Below, one piece after another: positions 1 to 10,405 of a stretch of 64,000 bases of DNA. The stretch is from Selaginella moellendorffii (taxonomy: Eukaryota > Plantae > Lycopodiophyta), in the NCBI RefSeq assembly GCF_000143415.4, contig NW_003314331.1:168244-232243 (forward strand), given 5' to 3'. Within the stretch, counting starts at the first letter, position 1; the number at the start of each line of letters is the position of its first letter. The notes under the pieces are model-generated. The model was given only the letters and a program-made list of their open reading frames with translations. It had not been told where the DNA came from and ran no database searches. A program made the position numbers and the translations under genes.

Positions 1-150
1 GAATGCTGCGTGCTAGCGCGCAACCAACAATTGGAAAACTAGAGAAAGTTCTTTATTGCTATTCTCCTCGTATGGTTGAACGGTGTGTAAGTTGTTGACT
101 AGCAAAAGCCCTGCTGGTGTAATCCATAAAATTTGTAAGTTTAGGGTTTG

Positions 151-843
151 ATGGAACAAGGCGATGAGAATTAGAAGGGTGTGGATGAGTTTAATATTAC
201 TATTAACAGTAACTCAGTTTATGAGTGAAGTTATGAGAACTTTGACTGTATTACTAATGATTCTTGATTATAATATAATTTTGGGTTCACTTTGGATACA
301 TAAACACTACTTAGAGTTAGACTGCAATAGCATAATAAATACTTTAACATTTGAGGACTACATATTGCCTCATGGGTGATTGCAACTTATCTAAGTCTAG
401 AAAATACATGAGAATAAATCAACATATACATACTGTGGGAGAATCAATGATCAGAAAATCAGAATTGAAATAGATAATGGTTGTGCAAGTTCTGGAATAC
501 TTATCGGGAAACTCGGGGTTAAAGTAGTTCACGATTCCAAGTATTTTGCAGAAAGACTAACTCCATAAGTTCAAATGAAAGTTATGGAATTGGTATGTTA
601 TAATTAAACTTTTTAGAAAGAAGAAATTTTATTGGTCTAGAAGATTATAGAGAAACCATATTTCTTGGGATTGACTGGCTTCATAATCACTCAGCAATAA
701 TTAACTACAGGAATCATATTGTTACTTTTATATCCAAAGAGTTGGATTGTTGGTATAGATTTCAATACCCATCTGGTATATATGAAGCAAGTAAAGATAG
801 ATTTGGCAAAGAGATGAGTAGTTTGTGTTGGTGCTCATTTTGA
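151..843 (+). pseudogene. Decayed inverted paralog of the tandem retropepsin-like protease gene
   Basis: Same start context (ttagggtttgATG) as the minus-strand gene at 3512. Fragments translate as ILDYNIILGSLWIHKHYLELDC, GRINDQKIRIEIDNG and IFLGIDWLHNHSAIINYRNHIVTF...SLCWCSF*. Frameshifts and deletions break the frame. Confidence 0.8.
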
Positions 844-1739
844 CCACAAATTTAATAAATACTTTTTTAGCACAGTCCATTTTGTTTGGTTTGTTTTGCA
901 TTACCAGATTATGGTCTTTTCATGCCTTTCCATTGTTGGTAATTCTTTTGAAGCACTATGAAAAGCAAGGGTGCAAGATGATACATTAATTATGGGAAGT
1001 TAACGACAAGTTATATATGTAATTTGCTTTAGTATATGTGAAAGCTACCACAAAGGTGAAATATACACGTTAGCTAGTAACTTGTTTTGGTATGTACATA
1101 GTATAATTCTGCCTCCTTGATCAAGTTATGATCAAGTTACGATGGAGCCAGAGATCACAAATCAGAGGTAACACTTAAGTAGTTTAGTAATTTTCAAAAT
1201 AATGGTGCATGCCATATATAGACATGTATTTATTCCAACTCATAAGTTTGTATTTTATACATTTAGAAAAAAAGAAAACTATGTAGGAAAATTTGGATAA
1301 ATTTTTGTCATAAGAAATACTCAATGAAATATTATAGTTGTTTCAAAGTCATTTTACTCTAATCTATGTTGGTGCTTAGTGTTAGACAATTTTAATAAAT
1401 AATTTCAATTAAATATACCATGAATATCCAATAATATTTCAATCCAATGCTAAATAAAACACTAATAAAAATAACAATAATGTTAATATAAATAAGATAT
1501 ATAGGCACCTGGCGTTTAATTTGGGTAATATAAATGAAACCATAATTGTTTCAAATTACAAAATGAATAATCTTGTTTAATAGTGAGTATTATTTATAAC
1601 TATAATATTATTTGGAAAATATAAATAATCATTCTCTTTCTGTTAAACTTTATACATATGTATAAATATATATGTTATATTTTTTAGTGAATAATTTATT
1701 TGTACTTTTAAATTTATCTAAATTTTTTGTTTTCATAAA

Positions 1740-2345
1740 CAAACCTGTAGAAAGGTAGTGGATATATCTAAAATATGCTTGGATATTTTAAGATATTTTC
1801 TAACAGTTGTTATTCATTTGAATTAATCTGTAACTTTCTTAAACACTTCTTAATATATTCTAGTTTATTCTACATTCAAATGGTTGATATTAAATAAGAT
1901 TAATCTTGTGTCTATAAATTATCAATATCTTTATAATTATAAACGTTTCTTTGACCAAATGGATTAATAAATTACTATTAAGCAAATTAAGTATTATTGC
2001 ATGCAACGTGCACCAAATTATTTGTTTGCTTAACCAAACCTATAAGGGGATAGTGATTATACCTAGAATATGCTTGGATATTCTAGGATATTCTACCATC
2101 TAACAGTTGTTATTCATTTAGACTAATCTTGTATCTCTAATTTATAAATATGTTTTTAGATTATAAATTTTTCTAAACACTTTCTAGTATATTCTAGTTT
2201 ATTCTACTATGATTAATCTTGTGTTTATAAATTATCAACATGTTTATAATTATGAACTTTAATTGATCAATTGGATTAATTTATAGAAATAACACTACTA
2301 TTAAACAAACTAAGCATTAAATGTAGCAATGTGTAGCAAATTATA
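1740..2345. repeat. Two tandem diverged copies of an AT-rich ~290-bp repeat
   Basis: Core tatgcttggatatt...taacagttgttattcattt...aaacactt...tattctagtttattctac occurs at ~1745-2020 and ~2040-2345. Related copies lie at 24040-24645, 35636-36241 and 53765-54060. Confidence 0.75.
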
Positions 2346-2409
2346 TTTACTTATGATAATATTTATTCAAACAGAATCAAAATATAAAACAATTTATGTT
2401 ATGACTCAT

Positions 2410-2640
2410 GTCCAGAGAGGTATATGTCCACGAGAGAGGTCCCCTTGGTCCACAAAAGCCAGAGCTCAAGCATGCACGGCTTTGCCTTTAGAACTCAAAA
2501 ACTCCAAGCTTAACAATGTATTGGTCAACAATCTGATCCTGTGCAGTAAGAATTGTGATGTGATTTGGAGAACCATTCTTGTCCATCCTAAAGAATTGCT
2601 CCAGAGCTTGCTTGCCTTTGCCATAACCAAGACTGAGGCC
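2410..2640 (-). pseudogene. Degenerate PPR gene fragment forming the 3' end of the protease ORF
   Basis: Alternative frame LSLGYGKGKQALEQFFRMDKNGSPNHITIL aligns with LTLGYAQNGKGEQALEIFFSMDENGCAPDRVTVL of the PPR at 7458-8519. Nucleotide similarity to ~7530-7805. Confidence 0.8.
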
Positions 2641-3512
2641 CTTTTTTTTTGGTGGCACCAACATAAACTATCTGTCTCAGTAACAAATCTATCTTTACTG
2701 ACTTCAAATACACCATTTGGATATTGAAGTCTATACCAGCAACCCAATTCACTAGATTTAAAAGTAACAATATGATTCCTGAAGTCAATTATTGCTGAGT
2801 GCTTCTTAAGCCAATTCATCCCCAAAAATATGGTATTTATATTCTCTTTTATACCAATAAAATCTGTACTTTCTGAAAAGCTTCCCATTTTATAAGTTAA
2901 ATTCTCAATTCCATAACCATCTTTCATTTGCACATCTGCAGTTAATCTTTTTGTAAAATACTTGTAATCACGAATTGCTTTGAGCCCAAGTTTCTTGAGA
3001 AGTTGAAGTGATATAGCTGACCAATCAGAACCATTATCAAATACAAATGTGATGTGATGATCATTGATTCTCCCACTATATTTTGCATAATGAAAAGTAG
3101 TACATATATGTTGATTTATTCTCTTGTATTTTCTGCACTTATATAATTGGTAGTGATCATCAAGGGCACCATCAATCTCCTTGAGGCAATATATAGAATT
3201 ATTGACCTCAAAAGTTAAACTGTTTATAGTGCCACTGCAGTCTAACTCTAAGCAATGTTGATGTATCCAAGGTGAACCCAAAATTATATCATGATCAAGA
3301 ATCAATGGTTTTACAGTCAAACTTGTTTTAAATTCACAATCCTCCACCATAAACTTGAAATCTTTAACTTGTGAATTACTGTCCACAGTAATATTGAATT
3401 CATCTACTAATTTCTGTGAGATAATATCGCTGTCACAACCAGAATCCCAAAAAACATTGATTTTCCTCTCCAACCCATGATCCCCATATAGCCTTCCAAA
3501 AGTTTCTGCCAT
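2466..3512 (-). CDS. Intronless protein with two tandem retropepsin-like (Ty3/gypsy-type) aspartic protease domains and a PPR-derived C-terminal tail, copy 1
   Basis: 348-aa ORF from the ATG at 3512. Domain 1 has VFWDSGCDSDIIS...DIILGSPW and domain 2 has FVFDNGSDWSAIS...IFLGMNWLKKHSAIIDF, both matching the retropepsin D[ST]G + ILG..WL pattern (second motif is DNG). TATAAAT-like and telo-box motifs lie just upstream. Confidence 0.75.
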   Translation of the reverse strand: MAETFGRLYGDHGLERKINVFWDSGCDSDIISQKLVDEFNITVDSNSQVKDFKFMVEDCEFKTSLTVKPLILDHDIILGSPWIHQHCLELDCSGTINSLTFEVNNSIYCLKEIDGALDDHYQLYKCRKYKRINQHICTTFHYAKYSGRINDHHITFVFDNGSDWSAISLQLLKKLGLKAIRDYKYFTKRLTADVQMKDGYGIENLTYKMGSFSESTDFIGIKENINTIFLGMNWLKKHSAIIDFRNHIVTFKSSELGCWYRLQYPNGVFEVSKDRFVTETDSLCWCHQKKRASVLVMAKASKLWSNSLGWTRMVLQITSQFLLHRIRLLTNTLLSLEFLSSKGKAVHA

Positions 3513-4309
3513 CAAACCCTAAATTCCCAAAATCCTAGAGTGTGGGAATTTATAAGCCGTCAACTCTTTCCCTTTTATTTGTTACGTGTTCAACCCTTTG
3601 AGCTCGAGAACATCCTCTTGTTAGCAACCAAGTGAACATCGATGTCCTTGTTGCGCCAAAAAGTAACCTCATCACCGAGACCGAGTGTTTCCAGTGTCCG
3701 CAAACCTGGAGATCACAGGATCATTTCTTTTGCTGTCAATGTTTTTACCTCGTTCTTCCATTTTCCTAACTTCCACTGGCTACGTTGATCCAAAGCACAC
3801 CATCATCCACGTTCAAGCGCTCTCCTTCCTGTCGTGTAAGATGCAAATTCATGGATTAAACAAAGTTTCTACAAGACAAGTCACGCAAATTATCCAGACA
3901 ACATGGCATTTTAAACCTTTTGGACAGCCAGAATAAGGGAAGCTCATTCGACACACGAAAAGTATGCAAGCCAAGCAAAACAGAAGAAAAACGAGAGGAA
4001 ACACGAGCTTTTGTGGCTCTACCAACATGAGTGACAAATCCATGGTAAGCTTGCGGAGCTGCTTGTTTAACAAGGCCACTGCTGGTTGGAAGGCATGCTG
4101 AGCGAGAAAATGATGAACATTGGGGGCCAATGGGACCAGAAACTTCCATGCTTTGCTGTAGGATTACGCAACGATTACATACCTTTAAACCGCTTCCCCT
4201 CTCCTTGCTTTATCCTTGTTCTTCGCTGTTCTTGCTTGTGTTCTGCTCGTTTCTCTTGAGTCCCCATGCCTTCCTGTTAAAAAAAGCATTCCCACAACTG
4301 TTTCCCACG

Positions 4310-4585
4310 ATGTTGTAAATCCGACTGACCTCGGGCATAGATGTTGGACGTGAGAGAGTACGCAGAGCCTGTTCCGTCGTCGAGCTTGAGAACCGACTTG
4401 AAGGCCATCCAGCCAAGCTCCACATCTCTCCACTTGAGGCACGAACTTAAGAATACACCAACGCGTCCGCCTTGCAAGGCCACGCTCTTTGAGCGCCTCG
4501 TTTTGAGCGAGAGAACTTCCCACCGATGCCTCTGTATCCAGCCATCGACCATCTAAAGCCTGCCCGGAATCCTCTCTATCAAGCT
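4310..4585 (-). pseudogene. Internally deleted PPR remnant (E-domain end joined to an upstream PPR piece)
   Basis: FLSSCLKWRDVELGWMAFKSVLKLDDGTGSAYSLTSNIYA is E-motif-like. Sequence matching ~6990 is joined directly to sequence matching ~8390. Repeated at ~26620-26895 and ~38215-38490. Confidence 0.7.
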
Positions 4586-4919
4586 CTTGGTTTTTTCTGC
4601 GTTTTCTTCTGTGGCATAAGATACAAATGGGACCAACCTTTGTTTCCATCAAGGACAGATTATTAGTAAGAAATGATAAAGCGAGCTCATATTTTTCATA
4701 CCTCGAGCCTGACCAGTTGGATATTCTAGGATATTCTACCATCTAACAGTACTATTAAACAAACTAAGCATTGAATGTAGCAATGTGTAGCAAAGTATTT
4801 CTACTTATGATAATATTTATTCAAACAGAATCAAAATATAAAACAATTTATGTTATGACACATGTCCAGAGAGGTATATGTCCATGAGAGAGGTCCCCTT
4901 GGTCCACAAAAGCCAGAGC

Positions 4920-5965
4920 TCAAGCATGCACGGCTTTGCCTTTAGAACTCAAAAACTCCAAGCTTAACAATGTATTGGTCAACAATCTGATCCTGTGCAG
5001 TAAGAATTGTGATGTGATTTGGAGAACCATTCTTGTCCATCCTAAAGAATTGCTCCAGAGCTTGCTTGCCTTTGCCATAACCAAGACTGAGGCCCTTTTT
5101 TTTTGGTGGCACCAACATAAACTATCTGTCTCAGTAACAAATCTATCTTTACTGACTTCAAATACACCATTTGGATATTGAAGTCTATACCAGCAACCCA
5201 ATTCACTAGATTTAAAAGTAACAATATGATTCCTGAAGTCAATTATTGCTGAGTGCTTCTTAAGCCAATTCATCCCCAAAAATATGGTATCTATATTCTC
5301 TTTTATACCAATAAAATCTGTACTTTCTGAAAAGCTTCCCATTTTATACGTTAAATTCTCAATTCCATAACCATCTTTCATTTGCACATCTGCAGTTAAT
5401 CTTTTTGTAAAATACTTGTAATCACGAATTGCTTTGAGCCCAAGTTTCTTGAGAAGTTGAAGTGTTATAGCTGACCAATCAGAACCATTATCAAATGCAA
5501 TTGTGATGTGATGATCATTGATTCTCCCACTGTATTCTGCATAATGAAAAGTAGTACATATATGTTGATTTATTTTCTTGTATTTTTTGGACTTAGATAA
5601 TTGGTAGTGATCCTTGAGGGCACCATCAACCTCTCTGAGGCAATATATANNNNNNNNNNNNNNNNNNNNNNNNNNNNNNNNNNNNNNNNNNNNNNNNNNN
5701 NNNNNNNNNNNNNNNNNNNNNNNNNNNNNNNNNNNNNNNNNNNNNNNNNNNNNNNNNNATGGTTTTACTGTCAGACTTGTTTTAAATTCACAATCCTCCA
5801 CCATAAACTTGAAATCTTTAACTTGTGAATTACTGTCCACAGTAATATTGAATCATCTACTAATTTCTGTGAGATAATATCACGGTCATAACCAGAATCC
5901 CAAAAAACATTGATTTTCCTCTCCAACCCATGATCCCCAGATAGCCTTCCAAAAGTTTCTGCCAT
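4920..5965 (-). pseudogene. Tandem retropepsin-like protease gene, copy 2 (1-bp frameshift, assembly gap)
   Basis: Near-identical to 2466-3512. ttgaatcatc at ~5850 versus ttgaattcatc splits the ORF into 5771-5968 and 4920-5840. The 109-N gap at 5650-5758 equals the length of the missing homologous segment. Confidence 0.7.
5650..5758. other. Assembly gap (further gaps at 30450-30549 and 32493-32592)
   Basis: Runs of N, all inside the repeat array. Confidence 0.99.
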
Positions 5966-6759
5966 CAAACCCTAAATTCCCAAAATCCTAGAGTGTGGGA
6001 ATTTATAAGCCGTCAACTCTTTCCCTTTTATTTGTTGCGTGTTCAACCCTACATCACAGCCAAGTCAAAAAGTTACTACACCACCAAAACTGAGTTTTTT
6101 CACCGTATCCGCAAACCTGGATCAAAAAGCTTTCTTTCGCTGTCAATGTTTTCACCTCGTTCTTCCATTTTTCTAACTTCCACTGGCTACGTTGATCCAA
6201 AGCACACCATCATCCACGTTCAAGCGCTCTCCTTCCTGTCGCAAATTCATGGATTGAACAAAGTTTGTACAAGCCAAGTGACGCAAATTTTACAAAAAAC
6301 CAGACAACATGTCATTTTAAGCCTTTTGGACAGCCACTTCAAGAACTCACTCGCAAGAAGGGAAGCTCATTCGACACACGAAAAGTATGCAAGCCAAGCA
6401 AGACAGAAGAAAAACGAGAGGAAACACGAGCGTTTGTGGCTCTACCAACATGAGTGACATATCCATGGTAAGCTTGCGGAGCTGCTTGTTTAACAAGGCC
6501 ACTGCTGGTTGGAAGGTCACAAAGGCATGTTGAGCGAGAAAATGATAAACATCGGGGGCCAATGGGACCAGAAACTTCCATGCTTTGCTGTAGGATTAGG
6601 CAACGATTACATACCTTTAAACCGCTTCCCCTCTCCTTGCTTTATCCTTGTTCTTCGCTGTTCTTCGCTTGTGTTCTGTTCCTTTCTCTTGAGTCCCCAT
6701 GCCTTCCTGTTAAAAGAAGCATTAAATCGTTCCAACAACTGTTTCCTATGATGTTGGAG

Positions 6760-8872
6760 TTGTAAATCCGACTGACCTCGGGCATAGATGTTGGACGTGA
6801 GAGAGTACGCAGAGCCTGTTCCATCGTCGAGCTTGAGAACCGACTTGAAGGCCATCCTGCCAAGCTCCACATTTCTCCACTTGAGGCACGAACTTAAGAA
6901 TGCCATCCACACCACCGCGTCCACCTTGCAAGGCCACGCTCTTTGAGCGCCTCGTTTTGAGAGAAAGAACTTCCCACCGATGCCTCTGTATCCAATCCAG
7001 CACTGCAAGCTTGTACGTGAATCTGCTGCCCGAAGTCCAGTGCTGCAAGGCTCAGCGCAGGCTTTGAGAGCAGCAACGTACGTCCGGTTACAAGCTTTTC
7101 TCGTGCAGCAACCGAGTGTAGAACTCCAGAGCTCGCTCGGGTTCTCCAAACCGACTATATCCCAAGATCAAGGGGCCTTTGATGCTGTGAAGACTTCCGC
7201 CGTGCTTTGACACTTGGTATACATATCCACCGAAAAGTAGTCATCCAGTTCGCAAATCCTTGCGGCTTGCAAGTGGAGAGCTCTGCCTTTCTCCAGCTAT
7301 TTCTTCACAAGCTTGCGGTCTCCATTCTCTGCTAGAGTCGCAACAGCCTTAAATGCAGCAGTAGCAGTGACATGATCTGCCTTAACACCTTCCTCTTGCA
7401 TGCTTTCGAACGATTGTAAGACGAGCTTGTGCTGGCCGCCGCAAGCATACCCCAGGATTATCCCCGTCCAAGTCGCACCACCATATCTTGGAAAACCACC
7501 CAAGCATCCACCATGCCTCCACACTTGGCGTACATGTCAACGAGAGCATTATGAACCGAGAGGTCTTCTCCGTCCACAAAAGCGAGAGCTCGAGCATGCA
7601 CGGCCTTGCCTCTCTGCAAAGCCCGAAGCTTAACGACGCCTCCGTCGACAATCTGGCCCTGTTCCTTCTCAGCCAAGGTGACACAGGCCTTTAGTGCAGC
7701 AAGAACTGTGACACGATCTGGAGCGCAACCATTCTCGTCCATGCTAAAGAATATCTCAAGAGCTTGCTCGCCTTTGCCGTTCTGAGCATAACCAAGAGTG
7801 AGGCAGTTCCAAGAAACCACGTCTGGACGTTCAATACTGTCGAAGAAACTGCGAGACTCCACCATGCTCCCACAGTTGGCATAGAACTCCACAAGTGTGT
7901 TGGTCACTAAGATGTTTGAATAGTGCTCACCAGCTTCCAAGCGAACGGCCCTTCCTTTTTCGAAGCTCTGAATCTTCAAGACTTCCGTTTCTTCTTCACC
8001 ATAAACAACTGATCGATCCATCGATGGGGGAACAAACATGCCACGAATGCGTGCCGGGGCATGGGCAAGTTCCTCGTCCGCAAGACGGCAACAAGCTTTC
8101 AGCGCTGCGATGAAAGTTAAAGCATCCGGTGGAGTGTCTCCACGACGCATTCGAGCATAGATATCGAGAGCTTCACCACCCTCGCCGCTGCTGGCATACC
8201 CGAGAATCATGCAGTTCCATGTCACCACACTACGATGGCTCATTCCTTCGAAAACTCGACGAGCCTCTGTCAAGCTCCCACATTTTGCGTAAAGATCAAT
8301 CAAGGTGCTCGCGACGAAGAGATCCGAGTCTAAGCCAAGTTTTACTGCTTTCCTGTGAATCTCCCTGCTCCTCTCTAAGAATACCACCCGTTGACCATCC
8401 AAAGCCTGCCCGGAATCCTTCTCTATCAAGCTGGAACAAGCCTTGAGAGCACCAGGAACTGATACTCGATCCGGTTTGTACCCTTCGTCTCCCAGAGGAG
8501 CAAACAACTGTAGAGCCATTTCACCATTTCCACTCTGTGCATATCATATCCCTGTACGATCGAATTCCAGGAGACAACATCGCGATGCGGCATGCTGTCA
8601 AATGTTCCACGAGCATCTATCATGCTTCCGCATTTCGCGTACAGATCAAGCAGGATGTTGGCGACGATAATGTTTGAGAAGTCACCTGTCTCGGAAACAT
8701 CCCTGTTCATTCTCCTGCCTAGTTGTAGATCTCTCATGCTTCTACATACCTTGAGAGCACCAACAACAATGCCAATGGCTGGTTTCAATCCCTGACGTTG
8801 CATTCGTCTGTACACTTCATTTGAAAGACCCTGAGGTTTCTGCAGAAGTGGACCAACCTTCGCTTCCATCAA
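6760..8872 (-). pseudogene. PLS-class PPR (E-subgroup) gene, frameshifted
   Basis: Repeated LIDLYAKCGS..ARRVF..M..RSVVTWN motifs are split across ORFs 8426-8872, 7458-8519 and 7297-7524. E-motif VVWMAFLSSCLKWRNVELGRMAF...AYSLTSNIYA is near the 3' end. Several frameshifts and stops. Confidence 0.85.
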
Positions 8873-9111
8873 GGACAGACTATGGATTCTACGAAGGCCG
8901 TAGTAAGAAACGATAAAGCGAGCTCAAAATTTTCATACCTTGAGCCTGATCAGTTCACCGCTGCTAAACAACCTGCAACGTTTCAAGTTCCTTCAATGCA
9001 GCAAGATCGCTTGACTTATCCCTCGACAAGCACCAGCTCTACGTCAATATCTCTGCAAGAAATATTAAAAAATGATCTGGATGTTAGAAACGAATAGCCC
9101 GATACCTCTGT

Positions 9112-9466
9112 TTAGACACGCTGCAGCATTTCAAGTTCTTTCTCCAGCCACTGCAATGCAGCAAGATCGTTTGACTCATCCTGGACAAGCACCACTCGAG
9201 AGGTAGCTCTACGTCAATATCTCTGAAAGAAAAAGGGAATAAGAAAATCACCTGAAAGAAATAGCCAGATACCTGCGTAAGGACAAAACTTCCAAGTTTT
9301 TCTCAAGCAACACGGAATGCTCCTTGAGAGCATCTTGCATGTATGGCTTCACAACCGTCCGAATTGCCGCTGCACTTACTAGATTTTCTAGCGAGCCGTG
9401 CTTCCTCATAAGTTTCAGAGCTGTAAAACCAGGCACACCGGGAACACCATCAGCAGCATACCCTAG
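9112..9466 (-). pseudogene. 3' fragment of an organellar 5'-3' exonuclease (PolI N-terminal/flap endonuclease family, OEX2-like)
   Basis: GYAADGVPGVPGFTALKLMRKHGSLENLVSAAAIRTVVKPYMQDAL...VLSLRR matches the helix-3-turn-helix region of plant 5'-3' exonucleases. Internal deletions are present and part of the last exon is duplicated at ~8995-9060. Confidence 0.75.
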
Positions 9467-10405
9467 CACAAGCGCTCACACACTCGCGACTCCAAGCTCA
9501 AGCACAAACGAGAATGACTTACAGTGAAAACGAGATGCCATCCGACTTGCTCCCGCAGTAGCAAAGCGGCCATCCGATGGAGCTCGCCGTGGCGCCACCA
9601 AGAACTGGGGATTCCGAGCTCGCCCTGGCGCCATTCTGAGCGGGAGCGCGCTGTGCGATCCAAGACGCGGCCGCCATGGACAATTGTACCCTAAATATTT
9701 TTAAAAATTTCTGTCGATGCTACATTCTTCCCTCCCAGAATCGAAATCCAGCCACTGGTGCGGCAGAAATCCGAGCGCAAGCTCCATCCGCGGCGGCGTT
9801 GGCTTGGAAATCGCTCGATCGAGAGAGAACTCTCGCGGCTAAGCGCCCGGACCAGGCAGTGGGAGAATGTAGGATGAAAGTCAGCCGCCTTGGATCAAAT
9901 TCACAAAATGACAACAGATTGCCGCTCGATACATGGCCTCGCGCCCTTTCTTTCGACGATCTCACAGCACCACGTTGTGTACCTGACCAGCAAAAGCGAG
10001 GGAATTGTGCTCTTTGCCTCTAAGCCCGCGATAATCAGTATCCACGAAGCACCCGGATTCAGTAATAGCCCTTCAAATCAAAATCCTGTGAAGGTTGAGC
10101 TCAACTTTGGAGCAAGGCGAATGAAGCTATCCCAATGGATGAACGCAATCAAATTATAATTATCAGCTTATGATTCATAAATCAAACATTGTAATGATCA
10201 TTCTTTTTAGAGACGACAAATCTAGCTGGTGGAGTTTCTCTGTAAGCAATAACTAGGACGCTGTTGGGACCAGCAAGTACAGAGACAGAATCGTTTCAAT
10301 TTCTTTTGGTTGAGTGGGCAATATCAATTGTGGTCCAGCCAGCATATCCGATCCTCATTTCCACGCTATAAAACCCTACGTTCCAAACTCCATCGCCGCA
10401 GCACA

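Noticed and set aside
1740-2345. CRISPR-like or satellite array
   Set aside because: Only two diverged long units, no repeat-spacer structure, and the context is eukaryotic.
2466-3512. Positive selection among the protease copies
   Set aside because: Only about a dozen substitutions separate the copies, too few to support a claim by eye.
3514-3523. AAACCCTAA as a telomeric tract
   Set aside because: Single isolated units near start codons (also 141, 13791, 53027) fit telo-boxes, not telomere arrays.
3685-4318. Short overlapping ORFs upstream of the protease gene (and their repeats)
   Set aside because: Frames are not conserved between the diverged copies at 3685-4318 and 5993-6765. No recognisable domain.
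1-6000. Protease ORFs as part of an intact LTR retrotransposon or endogenous virus
   Set aside because: No gag, RT, RNase H, integrase, LTR pair or polypurine tract recognised around any copy.
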